DNA of 64,000 nucleotides from Methanofastidiosum sp. (GTDB taxonomy: Archaea > Methanobacteriota_B > Thermococci > Methanofastidiosales > Methanofastidiosaceae), in NCBI GenBank assembly GCA_040771805.1, contig JAXGZJ010000001.1:1359961-1423960 (forward strand). Reading direction: 5' to 3'. A model generated the notes under the pieces. It did no database searches. It had not been told where the DNA came from and was given only the letters and a program-made list of their open reading frames with translations. Numbering within the stretch: position 1 is the first letter of the stretch; each line of letters starts with the position of its first letter. Below, in pieces: positions 1 to 9,557 of this stretch. The translations under genes and the position numbers were made by a program.

Positions 1-1
1 A

Positions 2-163
2 GGCACTTATAAAGAGGAAATAAAAGAAGTTGAAGTTGTAATAAATGATGAAGATATAGAATTAGTAGTTGCTCAAACAGGAATAAATAAAGAAAAGGCA
101 AAAAGCCTTTTATTAAAAAATAAAGGAGATATTGCAGCCACTATTCTTGAAATACAAAAATAA
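2..163 (+). CDS. nac: Nascent polypeptide-associated complex protein, C-terminal part (truncated by window start)
   Basis: Manual translation from position 2: ...VINDEDIELVVAQTGINKEKAKSLLLKNKGDIAATILEIQK*, typical UBA-like C-terminus of archaeal NAC. Confidence 0.85.
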   Translation, partial: GTYKEEIKEVEVVINDEDIELVVAQTGINKEKAKSLLLKNKGDIAATILEIQK

Positions 164-1333
164 TTAAAATGATTTTTTCATTATTTCTACCGCTTCATCT
201 ATCTCTTTTTTAGATACAATTAATGGAGGTACGAGCCTTACAACTTTGTCTCTTGTACAACTTATAAGTAAGTTATTTTCAAAACATCTTTTTACATATT
301 CACTACATGACTCATCAAATTCTATACCTACCATCAAGCCCATACCTCTAACGTCATTTACATGTGGCATATCTAACATGAACTCTAGATTTTTAAGCAA
401 GTATTTTCCCATTTTTTCAGAATTTTGAATTAATTTATCAGATTCAATTGTATTCATTACAGTTAAACCAACAGAAGTAACTAGTGGATTTCCTCCAAAA
501 GTAGATCCGTGGTCACCTTGTTTCAAAACATCAGATATTTCTTTTTTGGCAACAATTGCACCTATTGGTACCCCTCCTCCAAGTGCTTTAGCCAAAGTAA
601 TAATATCTGGTTGAACATCGTAGTGTTGAAATCCGAACCATTTTCCAGTTCTTCCCATCCCACACTGAACTTCATCGAAAATTATTAAAATTTTTTTATC
701 CTCTCTAATGTCTGAAAGAACTTTCATGAATTCTTTTGAAGCTATGTTTATTCCACCTTCCCCTTGTATAGGTTCAACTAATAAAGCAGCAGTTTTTTTA
801 TTAACTTTTTCAACAACATCGTTGGGGTCATTATACTCTGCTCTAATAAATCCAGGAGGAAATGGACCAAATCCTTCCCTATACTTGTCTTTATCTGTAG
901 CCATTAAAGTAGTAATCGTTCTGCCATGAAATGATTGTGAAAAATAAAGGATTTCGTCTTTACCTTTTTGTGATTGATATCGTCTTGCAAGCTTAATTGC
1001 ACCTTCATTTGCTTCAGCCCCGCTATTACAAAAAAATGTTCTGTCAAGTCCAGAAATTTCACATAGCTTTTTTCCTAGAAGGTATTGCGAAGGAATATGA
1101 TAAAAGTTACTTACATGGATAACTTTTTTTGCTTGTTCAGATATACATTTGACAATATTTGGATGTGCATGCCCAAGGGAATTAACGGCAATGCCTGCTA
1201 GAAAGTCAAGATATTTTTTACCATCTGTTGAATATAAATAACATCCTTCACCTTTTTCTACAACTAATGGAAATCTTCCATAAGTATTAAAAACATATTT
1301 ATTTTCAAGATTTTTAGCCTCTTCTAAATTCAT
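164..1333 (-). CDS. argD: Acetylornithine aminotransferase (class III PLP enzyme)
   Basis: FFCNSGAEANEGAIK, FHGRT, EPIQGEGG, DEVQCGMGRTG, TLAKALGGG; follows argJ; start placed at MNLEE (1333). Confidence 0.92.
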   Translation of the reverse strand: MNLEEAKNLENKYVFNTYGRFPLVVEKGEGCYLYSTDGKKYLDFLAGIAVNSLGHAHPNIVKCISEQAKKVIHVSNFYHIPSQYLLGKKLCEISGLDRTFFCNSGAEANEGAIKLARRYQSQKGKDEILYFSQSFHGRTITTLMATDKDKYREGFGPFPPGFIRAEYNDPNDVVEKVNKKTAALLVEPIQGEGGINIASKEFMKVLSDIREDKKILIIFDEVQCGMGRTGKWFGFQHYDVQPDIITLAKALGGGVPIGAIVAKKEISDVLKQGDHGSTFGGNPLVTSVGLTVMNTIESDKLIQNSEKMGKYLLKNLEFMLDMPHVNDVRGMGLMVGIEFDESCSEYVKRCFENNLLISCTRDKVVRLVPPLIVSKKEIDEAVEIMKKSF

Positions 1334-1343
1334 TTTATCCCTC

Positions 1344-2531
1344 TTAAGTATGATATTGAGCATTTATTTTAACATAATTATACGAAAGATCACATCCCCA
1401 AGCTCTTGAACAAAAGTCACCTAAATTCATATTAATGGTAATATTTACACATTCCTTCTGTAACTCTTTTTTAGCTTCTTCTTGGGAAAAGCTTACACCA
1501 ATTCCTTTGCTCACCACTCTTATATTTCCCAAATATATCTCAATTTTATCTAATTCCATATCTGCCCCAGAATACCCTACAGCAGCAATAATTCTCCCCC
1601 AATTAGGATCTTCCCCAAATACTGCAGATTTAACCAAACTAGAATCAATAACTGATTTTGATATCCTCTCTGCGTCTTCTTGACTTTTTGCATTAACACA
1701 TTCACATTCAATTAATTTTGTTGCACCTTCCCCATCTCTTGCAATTTTTTTTGCAAGTTCCACACATACGAAATCTAATGCTTTACTAAAGCTTTCAATT
1801 TTATCAATCGTGTCAACTTTTACTTTTGAAAGCCCATTTGCTAGAATTACAACAGAATCGTTTGTGCTTGTATCCCCATCAACTGATATTCTATTAAACG
1901 ATTTATTAACTGAAGCTTTCAAACACTCACCTAGAATAGTTGAGGATACATCGGCATCAGTAAAAATAAAACAAAGCATTGTGGCCATGTTTGGATTGAT
2001 CATTCCGCTTCCTTTAGTTACTCCCGATATGACATAGTTATCATTTTCTATAGTGATTTCTTTTTTAACTAAATCAGTTGTGAGTATAGCATTTGCAATA
2101 TTTTCAGATGCGCCACTGGAACTTTCTAGTAATGGGGTAGTCGTATCGATTGCATTTTTCATTACTCCCATTGGTAAAGGAATTCCTATTACACCTGTAG
2201 AAAAAACTAGACAATTTTCTTTTTTAATTCCAAGTTTCTCACTTGTATATTCTGCCATAAACAATGCATCTTTCATTCCTTGTTCCCCAGTACATGCATT
2301 TGCAAATCCACTATTACATACTATGGCTTGTGCCTTCCCATCAGAAAGAAATTTTCTGTCGAGGATTACTGGAGCTGCAGCAGCCTTATTTTTTGTAAAT
2401 ACTCCTGCCGCATTGCATATTACTTCGGAATAAATTATAGCAAAATCTAGTTTATTTTTTTTAAAACCGGCATGTATACCTTGACCTTTTATGCCCTTAA
2501 CTGCAGTTATGCCTGATTTGATAATTTTCAT
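1344..2531 (-). CDS. argJ: Ornithine acetyltransferase / N-acetylglutamate synthase
   Basis: KGSGMINPNMATML autoproteolysis motif, DGDTSTND, DGEGATK, DPNWGRI. Confidence 0.95.
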   Translation of the reverse strand: MKIIKSGITAVKGIKGQGIHAGFKKNKLDFAIIYSEVICNAAGVFTKNKAAAAPVILDRKFLSDGKAQAIVCNSGFANACTGEQGMKDALFMAEYTSEKLGIKKENCLVFSTGVIGIPLPMGVMKNAIDTTTPLLESSSGASENIANAILTTDLVKKEITIENDNYVISGVTKGSGMINPNMATMLCFIFTDADVSSTILGECLKASVNKSFNRISVDGDTSTNDSVVILANGLSKVKVDTIDKIESFSKALDFVCVELAKKIARDGEGATKLIECECVNAKSQEDAERISKSVIDSSLVKSAVFGEDPNWGRIIAAVGYSGADMELDKIEIYLGNIRVVSKGIGVSFSQEEAKKELQKECVNITINMNLGDFCSRAWGCDLSYNYVKINAQYHT

Positions 2532-2851
2532 TTAATCCCTTTCTAATGAATAGTGAAAGATATATAAGATTAATGTTAAATTATTGGAGTTTTGAATTGA
2601 AAAAGTTAAAAACAATGAAAGTAAGATTAATTTTATTCATTTTTAGGTAATATGTCCTATTTAATATGAAAAGGTATTTTGTATTGTAAGAAGACATAAA
2701 ATTACTAATAACTAAATCATTAAATGATAAATCATATTAAATGTATTTTATTAAAATATTCTTATACTAGTAATTACCTACTCTAAAATAAAGATCAGTA
2801 TCGTTATCGTGGACATTTGCATAAGCTACCGTAATATCCATTAATTCTAAT

Positions 2852-3706
2852 CTAGATAAATAACATCCATAATCCAATTAACATTATTGCAACACCCACC
2901 ACTCTTTCTCTGATATTCTCTTTAAGTATCCGCCCTGCCAAAAGAACGGTAATAATCATGGCAGTCATCGATGCAGGTTCAGCAATACTTACTTCTATTC
3001 CTGTAAATGCAATTAACAAAAGTAAGTAAGAATATGCATTTACCCCCCCGCTTAAAGTTGCGATTTTCTTTTTTTCCTTAAATAAATTGATTGTGGTCAT
3101 TATATTCCCTTTGATTAGAATGTATCCTAGCAAGAAAACTGTAATTCCTAAGTTTAGATAAAAGGCATAAAGCGTTGGACTAACTATCTTTATTGCGTTA
3201 CCATCTATCGTTCTACCAATTGCGATTAATAGTGAAGCTATTATCATGTATTGACATGGTCTATCCAAAAATATTGCCTTAAACGATTCAAATAAGTTGC
3301 TTTTCCTATTTAAGAAAGACACACCATAAAACAGAAATATTAATCCGGCCACTTTGAAAAATGTAATTTTTTCATTTAGGAATATTACGGCCAATATTAA
3401 TAAAAAAAATACATTAAAATTATACAGTGGGCTTACCAATGAAGCTTCGCCATCGGATAGAGATTTTACATACAACCAAAATGCAATGGAATATACAATG
3501 CTACTCAATGCAACAAATGTTAGAATTGACACGTTTAATACAATATCCACAAATAGAAGCGTAGGTACTAAAAATATAGTTCCTAATCCAAAAAATAGAA
3601 AAGTGCCGCTAATGCTATCAGATTTTTCGCCAAGTTTTTTTACCAGAATTCTTTCCCAGCCCAAAAAAATTATTCTTCCCAAAAGAGCGAGATAAGAAAT
3701 TAACAT
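2852..3706 (-). CDS. EamA/DMT family transporter
   Basis: About 10 hydrophobic segments in two repeats, GEASLVSP and FLNEKI/LKENI motifs. Confidence 0.85.
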   Translation of the reverse strand: MLISYLALLGRIIFLGWERILVKKLGEKSDSISGTFLFFGLGTIFLVPTLLFVDIVLNVSILTFVALSSIVYSIAFWLYVKSLSDGEASLVSPLYNFNVFFLLILAVIFLNEKITFFKVAGLIFLFYGVSFLNRKSNLFESFKAIFLDRPCQYMIIASLLIAIGRTIDGNAIKIVSPTLYAFYLNLGITVFLLGYILIKGNIMTTINLFKEKKKIATLSGGVNAYSYLLLLIAFTGIEVSIAEPASMTAMIITVLLAGRILKENIRERVVGVAIMLIGLWMLFI

Positions 3707-3787
3707 GTCAAGAAGTAGAATAAAGAGTATATAAAGTTAATATAAATTATGCGCAAAATTTATATAGTATTTAGTCAAATTTTATAT

Positions 3788-4606
3788 ATGATTGAGGACT
3801 ACTTGATGGAATTAGAGCTTCGAGGTCAATCCAAAAATACAATTAGAAATTATAGTTATACAATCTCAAATTTTCTTGAATTCACTGATAAATCTCCTGA
3901 AAACATTAACGAACAAGATATTAAGAGATATATGATATATCTTAAAAATCAAAAAAACGCGACTAATAGAACAATACATAGACATCTTAATGCTTTACGT
4001 TCTTTTTTTAGATATCAGAATATTGATATTGCAGATAAGGTACAGCTCCCCAAGTTGTCCAAACCTCTACCTAAGTTTTTGACAAGAGAAGAAATAAAAA
4101 TTTTACTTGAAAAAACTGATAGATTACGAGATAAGTGCTTAATTAGATTATTGTATTCTACAGGTTTGAGAGTGTCTGAGTTAGTTAATCTTAATAAAAA
4201 TGATATCAAAACTGAATCGATACATGTTATATCTGGTAAAGGCGCTAAAGATCGTATAGTTTTTGTTGATCCCGGGACCCAAGAAATGATAAACCATTAT
4301 ATTTCAGAGAGAAATGACGATAACGAAGCTCTTTTTTTGAGTACCCATGGCGATAGAATATCTGCAAGAACTATCCAATGGTTAATAAAAAATTATTCAA
4401 AAAAGGCAGGAATTGAAAAAAAAGTTACCCCCCATGTATTGAGGCACTCTTTTGCAACTCATATGCTTGAAGGGGATGCAGATATTGTCGTTATTAAAGA
4501 ATTACTCGGCCATTCTAATTTAGCTACAACCCAGATATATACGCACATAACTGATGAAAGGCGAAAAAAAGTTTACGATAAAGCACATCCATTATCGAAA
4601 GAATAA
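3788..4606 (+). CDS. xerA: Chromosomal tyrosine recombinase XerA
   Basis: TGLRVSEL, GKGAKDR, TPHVLRHSFATH, LLGHSNLATTQIYTH; housekeeping context next to adk; start placed at MIEDY. Confidence 0.85.
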   Translation: MIEDYLMELELRGQSKNTIRNYSYTISNFLEFTDKSPENINEQDIKRYMIYLKNQKNATNRTIHRHLNALRSFFRYQNIDIADKVQLPKLSKPLPKFLTREEIKILLEKTDRLRDKCLIRLLYSTGLRVSELVNLNKNDIKTESIHVISGKGAKDRIVFVDPGTQEMINHYISERNDDNEALFLSTHGDRISARTIQWLIKNYSKKAGIEKKVTPHVLRHSFATHMLEGDADIVVIKELLGHSNLATTQIYTHITDERRKKVYDKAHPLSKE

Positions 4607-4645
4607 CTTTAAAAACAACTACATGAGTTTCTAGTTGGTGTTTTG

Positions 4646-5281
4646 ATGAGAGTAATTCTTTTAGGACCGCCTGGTTGCGGTAAGGGAACTCAAGCTGAAG
4701 TTATATGTAAAACTTTTGATATTCCCCACATATCTACTGGTGATATATTAAGAAATAATGTAAAAAGAAATACAGAAATTGGTTTATCTGCAAAAAAATA
4801 TATGGATATTGGTAGTTTGGTTCCTGATGAGATAATTATACAGATGATCAAAGAAAGATTATTAGAAGATGATTGTAAGGAAGGATTTTTATTAGATGGT
4901 TTCCCAAGAACAATTACACAAGCAGAATCATTAGATAATTTACTTGAGCAAATGAGTATTTCTTTGGACCACATAATTAACATAGATGTACCAGATGAAG
5001 ATATAATCAATAGGATATCAAAAAGACTTTCATGTGCTAATTGTGGGGAGGTATACAATTTATTATATAAAGTGCCAAAAAAAGAAATGACTTGTGATTC
5101 TTGTGGATTTAAACTTCACCAGCGAGAAGACGACAAAGAAGAAGTTATAAGAAACAGACTTGAAGTTTATAGGAAACAAACGGCACCATTAATTAAGTAC
5201 TATAAAAAGAAGATAAAAAATATTAATGGAAGTAAAAATATTAGCGAAGTTACAAATGACATACTTGATATTTTAAAATAA
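4646..5281 (+). CDS. adk: Adenylate kinase (bacterial type, Zn-binding lid)
   Basis: GPPGCGKGTQA, HISTGD, LDGFPRT, CxxC...CxxC lid. Confidence 0.95.
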   Translation: MRVILLGPPGCGKGTQAEVICKTFDIPHISTGDILRNNVKRNTEIGLSAKKYMDIGSLVPDEIIIQMIKERLLEDDCKEGFLLDGFPRTITQAESLDNLLEQMSISLDHIINIDVPDEDIINRISKRLSCANCGEVYNLLYKVPKKEMTCDSCGFKLHQREDDKEEVIRNRLEVYRKQTAPLIKYYKKKIKNINGSKNISEVTNDILDILK

Positions 5282-5421
5282 TAATTTTTTTCCCTTTAAT
5301 ACATTGGAGATGCTATATGTTCCATATGTGGGAGTATCTAGTTCCAGTTGAGATTGTTCTTTATAATCTCAAGAAATTACGATAAACGTTTTATTAAATA
5401 AAAGATAATCTGGCACACTTA

Positions 5422-6657
5422 TTAACTGTTGGATTCTATCCAGTTATCAATTTTTATGTATTCTGCACCATTAATTTTTAAAAAGGGCGAGGCACTTTTT
5501 ATCCTAACGCCCAATTTTAATAATTGCTCTCTTTTAAAAATATTATTTCTTTTTCTAAAGTTGATAATTCTATACGCACTTTTGGGTCCAATGCCAGGAA
5601 CCCTTATAAGTTCCTCATAAGAGGCCTCATTTGGATCTATACCAGAATCAAGAGTATTCAGTGCAATTTGTAATTTAGGATCCTTATTATTTAAGAATCC
5701 ATCTTCATTAAATGCTATTTTGATCTCTTTTTCTGAAAAATCATAAATTCTATATAGCCAGTCTAATTGGTACAATCTATGTTCTCGCCACATGGGTTGC
5801 TCAGATGTTTTCTCCAAAGGAGTACCCTGAATAGGATTAAATGCAGAATAATACACTCTTTTTAACATCATCTCTTTATATTCCCTAATGACTCTATTAA
5901 ATATTTCAAAGTCACTTTCTCCACACGCACCTATTACAAGCTGTGTAGTCTGGCCATAAGGAAGCTTTTTTTTAAATTCTAATTTTTTAATAAAATTCTG
6001 TCTTTTTAGAATATCTTTCATATAGTTTTTTGTGCTGCTCAATTCGGAAAGATAATTGTTATTTGGAGTTTCTATGTTAATACTGAGCCTATCTACAATT
6101 TCAGATGCTTGTTTAATATATTCATATGACACGCCTGGCAATACTTTAAAATGGATATATCCTGAAAAATTATATCTTTCTTTTAAGATTTTTATAGTTT
6201 CAATCATTTTTTCAGTTGTTGTATTTTCGTCTGAATTTATACCAGAGCTCAAGAAGAGCCCATCTATGTAGTTTCTCTTGTAAAGCGATATCGTTACTTT
6301 GGCTAATTCCTCTGGAGTATAAGAATATATTTTTTTATGTCCATTATATTCGGTTGAGTTTTGGCAGTACTTGCAGTCATGAGTACAATAGTTTGTGAAG
6401 AGAGTCTTAAACAGTAAAACAGAACATCCGGTCGTTGTAAAAGAATGAAAATTAATCGGCCTGTCTACATCTTGCAATATTTCACTTCGATTAGCGATCC
6501 TTGGAGATGAAGACAATGTACACATATCATGTTTAGTTCCTTGGCCTAAAGTTTCTATCTTGGAGAAATCAAAGTCAGTAAATGCCCTACTTTTATCATT
6601 TGTACACTCATATTTACTTTGATAGGCAAGATGAATTATCTTCTCAAGAGAAGTCAT
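5422..6657 (-). CDS. Putative DNA modification/repair radical SAM protein with C-terminal helix-hairpin-helix
   Basis: CTHDCKYC radical SAM motif, GLFLSSG, REHRLYQLDWLYRIY, VPGIGPKSA HhH. Confidence 0.85.
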   Translation of the reverse strand: MTSLEKIIHLAYQSKYECTNDKSRAFTDFDFSKIETLGQGTKHDMCTLSSSPRIANRSEILQDVDRPINFHSFTTTGCSVLLFKTLFTNYCTHDCKYCQNSTEYNGHKKIYSYTPEELAKVTISLYKRNYIDGLFLSSGINSDENTTTEKMIETIKILKERYNFSGYIHFKVLPGVSYEYIKQASEIVDRLSINIETPNNNYLSELSSTKNYMKDILKRQNFIKKLEFKKKLPYGQTTQLVIGACGESDFEIFNRVIREYKEMMLKRVYYSAFNPIQGTPLEKTSEQPMWREHRLYQLDWLYRIYDFSEKEIKIAFNEDGFLNNKDPKLQIALNTLDSGIDPNEASYEELIRVPGIGPKSAYRIINFRKRNNIFKREQLLKLGVRIKSASPFLKINGAEYIKIDNWIESNS

Positions 6658-6754
6658 AGAAAATAATTAGATTATCTTTATTTAGGTATTTAGTGTACAC
6701 TTTTTTATTTTAGCAATACCAAAATATATATTTATTAAAAATAATGAAATAATT

Positions 6755-7531
6755 TTAAATGTTTTTCTTTTTTATTATAGTTCCTTTTACATTTCCTTTG
6801 ATAGTTTCAGATAAAACGCTTTTTTTAGTTAAATTGATTACATCTATTTCTATTCCCATATCAAATATAGTGATTATTTCTGATAATTTGCCTTCCATCC
6901 CTCCAGAAGCATCACCAGTATCTTTTGCAAACTTAAAGACTTCATTGATATTATCTTCAGTTATCCTATCAATTAGCTTCACGTTTTCTTTTTTTGGGTC
7001 ACCCGTATAGATCCCATCAACATCTGTTCCAAATATTACTCTTGAGGGCTTAAGTAGTTTTGAAAGATAAGATACTATTTGATCGCCGGATAATATTGAA
7101 AATCCTCTAGCCCTATCAAATACAAGATCTCCAGTAAATACTGGAAGTAAACCAAGCTCTATGGCCCGTAGTAGGGGTTCTTTGTGAAATTCAACGATTC
7201 TTCCGTTAGAAGTAATAAAGTTAGAGAAAGTACCTATCCTCACGGGAGTTAATCCATTTTGCATTAGTGATTTTAGTACAATACTATAAAGTTCACTGAC
7301 ACTAGCCCTTGTTTCAGAAAAACCTTTAAGCTGATAGTTGTCTAAATACCCTTTACCTAATGAATATTTCTTTGCGATTGGGTGGCCGTATGAACCTGCA
7401 CCATGCACCAATATGGATACTATTCCAGCATCTTTAATTTCTTGTGCAAGATTGGAAATTACCTCCATATTGGGGGTAAAATCTTCACTTTTTTTAGTAA
7501 TTGCCGAGCCGCCTGCTTTAATAATAATCAT
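6755..7531 (-). CDS. ipk: Isopentenyl phosphate kinase (amino acid kinase family)
   Basis: IKAGGSAIT, VHGAGSYGH, SGDQI, TDVDGIY, DASGGMEGK. Confidence 0.88.
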   Translation of the reverse strand: MIIIKAGGSAITKKSEDFTPNMEVISNLAQEIKDAGIVSILVHGAGSYGHPIAKKYSLGKGYLDNYQLKGFSETRASVSELYSIVLKSLMQNGLTPVRIGTFSNFITSNGRIVEFHKEPLLRAIELGLLPVFTGDLVFDRARGFSILSGDQIVSYLSKLLKPSRVIFGTDVDGIYTGDPKKENVKLIDRITEDNINEVFKFAKDTGDASGGMEGKLSEIITIFDMGIEIDVINLTKKSVLSETIKGNVKGTIIKKKNI

Positions 7532-7573
7532 AAGAAAATATATTCTTATGATATTAAAAAGATTCCTATTGAT

Positions 7574-7882
7574 CTAATAATTTGAATAAAAAGGATTGGA
7601 AGATTTGTTTAATGATTCTAGCTTTTCGAAGTATATGCCCATCAGGAATCCTATTAAAAAGAAGAATCCAAGTAAGATAATACTTAGAATTACAGTAGAG
7701 GTCATAAATAGATTGATTACAAACATTTCAAATCCTATTATGCAACCTAAGGTAAAAACAATTAAAGCCCTTAAATTCGACGCTTGAATATATTTTTTTG
7801 GAGGCACTTTGTCTATAACCTCATCTATAAGTGTCTTGACTTCTGTTATCAATTTTAAATCATTTTGTTTAATGGAAGCCAT
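7574..7882 (-). CDS. Small hypothetical membrane protein (2 TM)
   Basis: 102-aa ORF with two hydrophobic segments, co-oriented with ipk. Confidence 0.6.
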   Translation of the reverse strand: MASIKQNDLKLITEVKTLIDEVIDKVPPKKYIQASNLRALIVFTLGCIIGFEMFVINLFMTSTVILSIILLGFFFLIGFLMGIYFEKLESLNKSSNPFYSNY

Positions 7883-8138
7883 AAAAAATGTAACTCCTTA
7901 TTTCATTTATAAACTTTGTGGTTAATAGCTATTTTATATACATAAATTAGTAAATATAAATAATATTCAAATTCCCCAAATAACCTAAAATCTATCATTA
8001 AATAACACATTATTATAAATTATTATTTTGTTTATTGATAATCAATAATAAACCTATAAGTTTATAAAGATAGCAAATAAATTGTATGTTGTTAGTTATA
8101 GTTCTCCATTATTTTTATTATGTAGAGGATAATAAGAT

Positions 8139-9527
8139 ATGTACAAAAAGATGGATGATATGGACTTATTGATAGACAATCACCATATAGATGGAAATTA
8201 TTCAATAGAAGATATATCAAGAGAATCAGTAATTTTCATAGAGCTGATTCATGGGATAGTCCACGAATTAAGCAATTCTTTGACTTCTGCTATGGCTGCT
8301 ACTGAAGTTTTGCAGGAAGAAATGATTAAATTAAGAAAAGGATTTAGTGACAATCACATTGATATTAAACTAGTTAATCATATCGAAAAAATCTTTACCC
8401 TGTACAAAACAACGACCGTCAAAAATCAAAATATTTTAAATTATTTACTAAAAATTGAATTTAAAATGCTAAGAGACCAATGTTATAAAATAAACTCCCC
8501 GCATCCAAAATTTGATCTCCTACAAAATTTAATATCGCTGAATATGAAAAGTAACGAAAAGATAGATTTAATTGTTAAAATTTTAAGAAACTTAGTAAAT
8601 ATTGATGAAGATATGGAACTAATCGATGTAAATGAGGTAATAAATACTAGTATCTTCCTATTACAAGACGAACTAAAAAATAAATACGTCATAAAAAAAG
8701 ATTTTTCAAAAGTACCTTTAATCAATTTTAGTTTTCGCCAGTTAAACTATATAATCATTTGTATCTTATTAAAAACTCTTGAGATAATGAATTTCGGTGA
8801 ACTTTCTTTAAAAACATTTGAAACTGATAAAGAAGTCTACATTATAGTTCAATTAAGTGGTGGAGAAATTACCCTAAAGAAAATTGAAGAAATAATAGCT
8901 CAGAAGGATTCGAAAATAGACATATGCTCGGTAAACAAATTACTTAAAAATAAAGGTGGCACCCTAACTATAAAAAAACTTAATGAGAAAAGAAGTTTAA
9001 ATTTGGAAAAAGAATTAGTTGCAGATATAGAGTTTAAAATCAAGCTTAATAAAGCTAATGCAGTAAGCTTCAAATTAAATAAATCTGTTGATTCGAATAA
9101 TAAAAATGAAAATGAATTTCAAGATTTTAAGCCAAGTTTATCCTATGAAGTAAAAAAGGAAAAAAATCAATCGAAAAATATTCTAATTGTTGATGATAAT
9201 CTAGAAACGTTAGTTAGCCTATTTTTGACGCTAAAAAAAGAAGATTTTGGTAATAAGATAATTATTGCTAAAACTGCCGAGGCGGCATTAGAACAATTGC
9301 AAAAAATTAATTTTAACATAATTATTTCTGATTATAAGCTACCAGGAATGAATGGAATTGATTTTTTAAGCCATGTAAAAAATAATTATCCTAATAGTAC
9401 TAGAATCCTTTTGACTGCATTTTTAACTAATTCTGTAAAAAAAGAAGCCAAAAATAAGGCATCAGTTAAAACAATAATTGAAAAGCCTTGGAATAAAGAT
9501 AACTTAATAAAACTAATTAATGAATAA
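8139..9527 (+). CDS. Hybrid signal protein: HisKA, degenerate HATPase and C-terminal receiver domain
   Basis: H-box VHELSNSL; receiver ILIVDDN...ISDYKLPGMNGIDF...LLTA...KPW. Confidence 0.8.
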   Translation: MYKKMDDMDLLIDNHHIDGNYSIEDISRESVIFIELIHGIVHELSNSLTSAMAATEVLQEEMIKLRKGFSDNHIDIKLVNHIEKIFTLYKTTTVKNQNILNYLLKIEFKMLRDQCYKINSPHPKFDLLQNLISLNMKSNEKIDLIVKILRNLVNIDEDMELIDVNEVINTSIFLLQDELKNKYVIKKDFSKVPLINFSFRQLNYIIICILLKTLEIMNFGELSLKTFETDKEVYIIVQLSGGEITLKKIEEIIAQKDSKIDICSVNKLLKNKGGTLTIKKLNEKRSLNLEKELVADIEFKIKLNKANAVSFKLNKSVDSNNKNENEFQDFKPSLSYEVKKEKNQSKNILIVDDNLETLVSLFLTLKKEDFGNKIIIAKTAEAALEQLQKINFNIIISDYKLPGMNGIDFLSHVKNNYPNSTRILLTAFLTNSVKKEAKNKASVKTIIEKPWNKDNLIKLINE

Positions 9528-9557
9528 TTTAAATAAAAATATTATTATACTAAAAGT

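Noticed and set aside
3788..4606. Integrase marking a second mobile element
   Set aside because: XerA-like sequence among housekeeping genes; no att repeats or dif site recognised nearby.
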